Origin: a virus
Strand: one strand, 5' to 3'
IMG/VR virus record: IMGVR_UViG_3300045988_080466
Length of the DNA stretch: 64,000 bases
Shown: in pieces, positions 61,792 through 64,000 of the stretch
How positions within the stretch are numbered: position 1 is the stretch's first letter
How the letters are laid out: each line of letters starts with the position of its first letter
Notes under the pieces: model-generated
Seen by the model: the letters and a program-made list of their open reading frames with translations, nothing else
Databases searched by the model: none
Told to the model about the DNA's origin: nothing
Position numbers and translations under genes: made by a program

Positions 61792-64000
61792 ATGAGCAAA
61801 CAGGAAACAGTTAATACATTTGATGGTGGTCTTGTGATGGATTTAAATCCTATGACTACACCCAACAATGTTGTAACTGACTGCCTTAATTCTACTATGA
61901 TTACCTATGACGGAAACGAGTTCATTCTCCAAAACGATATGGGTAACGGAAGGGTAGAGACTGCTAAGTTAGATGCAGGATATATTCCAGTAGGTATTAA
62001 GGAATACGGTGGGATTATATATGTCGCATCTGTAAATCCTCTTACTAATAAATGCCAACTCGGTTCATTTCCATCTCCAGAAAGAAATTTCACTACTGAT
62101 GAAATATCTAAGAGTCCTATTATTCTACAAACATCAGACTTCTTTACTAAAGGTCTGAATACAATGTATGTAAGAAAGGAGTTACTTGACGGAGAGGAGA
62201 ATAAACTAAGACCAGGAGACAAGTTTATTATAGGAAGTACTGGAATTAATGACAGTCTAAACGACATATTATCAGATTATAAAACAAAAGGAAAAAGAAT
62301 ATTAAGACTTCACTTAGCTATATTGGACGATGATAACAATATATCTTATATAGAAGATGAAGTAAATCACGTAGATGGATATTGGATATATCCTCTTAGT
62401 GGTGATGAAGTTGATGATACTGAATTACTTGCTGGACAAAATCCTAAATATCCTTATAATGTATATAAGAATAAAGTATCTGGAAAACTTCTACTGATTG
62501 CAGAGCTTGAAACTCCCAAAACTTTCAATACGTCCGTTGACGTTTATAAAGTTGAGGATGATAAAGTAAGTATGATGGTTCCCATTTCTTGGGATGAGGA
62601 TGAAGAAGAAAAAGCTAAACTTCTTGGAGTTAAAGTAGAATGTGAACACGAGGGAGAAGGAAATTTGACTAGATTCGTGGATTTTGATAAGGATAATTAT
62701 GAATTTAGAATAGAGGATTTAGTTAAAGATGATAAACTCTTTACTTATGCCTTTACTCCATATACTTCATTCGGAACTATTGATTACCTATCTAAGAGAG
62801 GTTCTATGAACCTTAGTTATATTGGAACAGGTAAAATAGATTTAGTGGAATGGAGATATTATGTAGACCAAAATTCTATTTCAATATCTTGGGGACTTGA
62901 AGCATATCCTAGGTATGGGTATCAAATTACAGAAGTTAATATGGACTTCCGTGATGTTACAGACCCAAATACTCCTAACGTTTATAGAACTAGACAGAGA
63001 AGGTCGTATAATGGAAACTTTACAGAATACATTACGTTCGATGAATCTAATGTTTATTTTGAAAACTCCTATATGTCTCTTACAAAAGGAAAGCTATATG
63101 TAGTAAGAATAGAAGCTGTTAGTACGAATAGCTTAGACCCTACTAATAAAATATCAAACATTACATATAGGTTGATGTATACTTCGAGTACATTCAATGA
63201 ATCCTTTATTGCTAATAAAGTCGATGATTTCTCTTCATTGGAAATTAATTGTGATTTAGATATTGATGTTAACCAAAAAATAGGAGAGAAAACATCTAGT
63301 TCTAATACTTTAATGGCAGAACTTGTAAAAAGTTCAGCAGAAGTTACTCCGAAGGATATGATGTCCTTTATATATACTTCATTTGAAGAAGAACAAGAAA
63401 TCGTTGCAGTTCCTATACTTAAAAAGAACAGTGATAAGAATTTCTTCATTGGAGACATTGGAGAATCTGATGTTGCTTTAGAAATTGATGTTAAATCACA
63501 AGGAATTGATATTACTGATTATGAGCCTAAATTAATGGGTTCTACTGGACTTGAAGAATATTACAATTCTATTCTTCCAAATGTTGGAACAGGTTCTGTT
63601 ACTTCAAGCAGTGCAATTACTCGTAGTGAATTGCTTAAGGATGATTCTATGAAATTTGAAGTTACGGGTAGAACTACTGGAAGTACTTGGAAAGGAACAC
63701 TAAGAGGTTCTAACATTAAGAAAATAACCAGTGACTTGAAATATACCAGAGAATCTGGAAGTGTTAGACGTATTGCCCCATATATGGATTTGGAAAACTT
63801 TAGACAATCTGATATTAGTCCTTTATTCGGACATGAAATCAGTACTCCTACTGCTGCATCTCCGCACTTCCACTTCAATAAAATGATTGCAATGATTTCT
63901 GGTAGAAAAAAGAAAAGTAGCTCTCAAAGATATCGTTCTGGAGTAGCTACATATAGTAATGGCTGGTCATTAACTGATGTAACCTCTGGTAAAGACACTC
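61792..64000 (+). CDS. large tail/structural protein, N-terminal 736 codons only (open at the right edge)
   Basis: Not in the ORF track because there is no stop in the window. ATG at 61792, 2 nt after the previous stop. I read the frame codon by codon to 64000 without a stop: MSKQETVNTFDGGLVMDLNPMTTPNNVVTDCLNSTMITYDGNEFILQNDMGNGRVE... Confidence 0.7.
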   Translation, partial: MSKQETVNTFDGGLVMDLNPMTTPNNVVTDCLNSTMITYDGNEFILQNDMGNGRVETAKLDAGYIPVGIKEYGGIIYVASVNPLTNKCQLGSFPSPERNFTTDEISKSPIILQTSDFFTKGLNTMYVRKELLDGEENKLRPGDKFIIGSTGINDSLNDILSDYKTKGKRILRLHLAILDDDNNISYIEDEVNHVDGYWIYPLSGDEVDDTELLAGQNPKYPYNVYKNKVSGKLLLIAELETPKTFNTSVDVYKVEDDKVSMMVPISWDEDEEEKAKLLGVKVECEHEGEGNLTRFVDFDKDNYEFRIEDLVKDDKLFTYAFTPYTSFGTIDYLSKRGSMNLSYIGTGKIDLVEWRYYVDQNSISISWGLEAYPRYGYQITEVNMDFRDVTDPNTPNVYRTRQRRSYNGNFTEYITFDESNVYFENSYMSLTKGKLYVVRIEAVSTNSLDPTNKISNITYRLMYTSSTFNESFIANKVDDFSSLEINCDLDIDVNQKIGEKTSSSNTLMAELVKSSAEVTPKDMMSFIYTSFEEEQEIVAVPILKKNSDKNFFIGDIGESDVALEIDVKSQGIDITDYEPKLMGSTGLEEYYNSILPNVGTGSVTSSSAITRSELLKDDSMKFEVTGRTTGSTWKGTLRGSNIKKITSDLKYTRESGSVRRIAPYMDLENFRQSDISPLFGHEISTPTAASPHFHFNKMIAMISGRKKKSSSQRYRSGVATYSNGWSLTDVTSGKDT

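Noticed and set aside
1-64000. Stop-codon reassignment (TAG or TGA recoding, known in some crAss-like lineages)
   Set aside because: Standard-code ORFs are long and contiguous (up to 2661 aa) with tight start/stop junctions, and no gene appears fragmented by in-frame TAG or TGA.
1-64000. tRNA genes, CRISPR arrays, integrase/lysogeny module
   Set aside because: I inspected all intergenic gaps over 60 nt (477-744, 7730-8299, 12686-12849, 14458-14570, 44365-44694, 46674-46913, 53485-53586). I saw no cloverleaf-compatible sequence, no spacer-repeat array and no recombinase-like ORF. A tRNAscan-type search would be needed to be sure.

Overview
The window is a contiguous 64-kb piece of a visibly AT-rich, tightly packed tailed-phage genome. 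It is most consistent with a crAss-like (Crassvirales-type) phage of a Bacteroidota host. Support for that call: several intergenic regions carry Bacteroides-type TTTG / TAnnTTTG promoter boxes; BACON-like and BspA-type LRR domains are present; and the gene order is terminase, portal, giant fibre genes, endolysin, scaffold, major capsid protein. Layout: (i) 0.7-5.3 kb is a + strand block of small early-type genes, including a T5orf172/GIY-YIG-like protein and a ferredoxin-thioredoxin-reductase-like CxC protein. (ii) 5.3-12.7 kb is mainly a minus-strand block, including two small membrane proteins and a 987-aa protein with two GH73 glucosaminidase modules, interrupted by short + strand zinc-ribbon genes. 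(iii) 12.85-64 kb is one long + strand late block. It holds a PD-(D/E)XK nuclease, a GroES-like protein, TerL, portal, three very large modular tail/fibre proteins (1157, 2661 and 2160 aa), an Amidase_3 endolysin, a putative scaffold, a putative MCP, a BACON-like head protein, and a large open-ended gene at the right edge. The standout is a complete diversity-generating retroelement (DGR) at 42.3-45.9 kb. A 99-nt variable repeat in the last codons of a 675-aa fibre-like gene matches a non-coding template repeat 212 nt downstream. They differ at 28 positions, and every one is an adenine in the template. A reverse transcriptase with the DGR-type IGxxxSQ and YADD motifs follows, and no Avd-like gene is evident. 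Other items worth a second look: a near-identical ~25-nt block around the start codon of four unrelated minus-strand genes (all begin MENE), duplicated convergent gene pairs, a candidate small RNA, LTD-metallophosphatase and CotH-kinase-like domains inside virion fibre proteins, and an insulated single-gene transcription unit. I saw no tRNA, rRNA, CRISPR array, integrase or stop-codon recoding. All domain calls come from motif recognition by eye and need HMM or structure confirmation.
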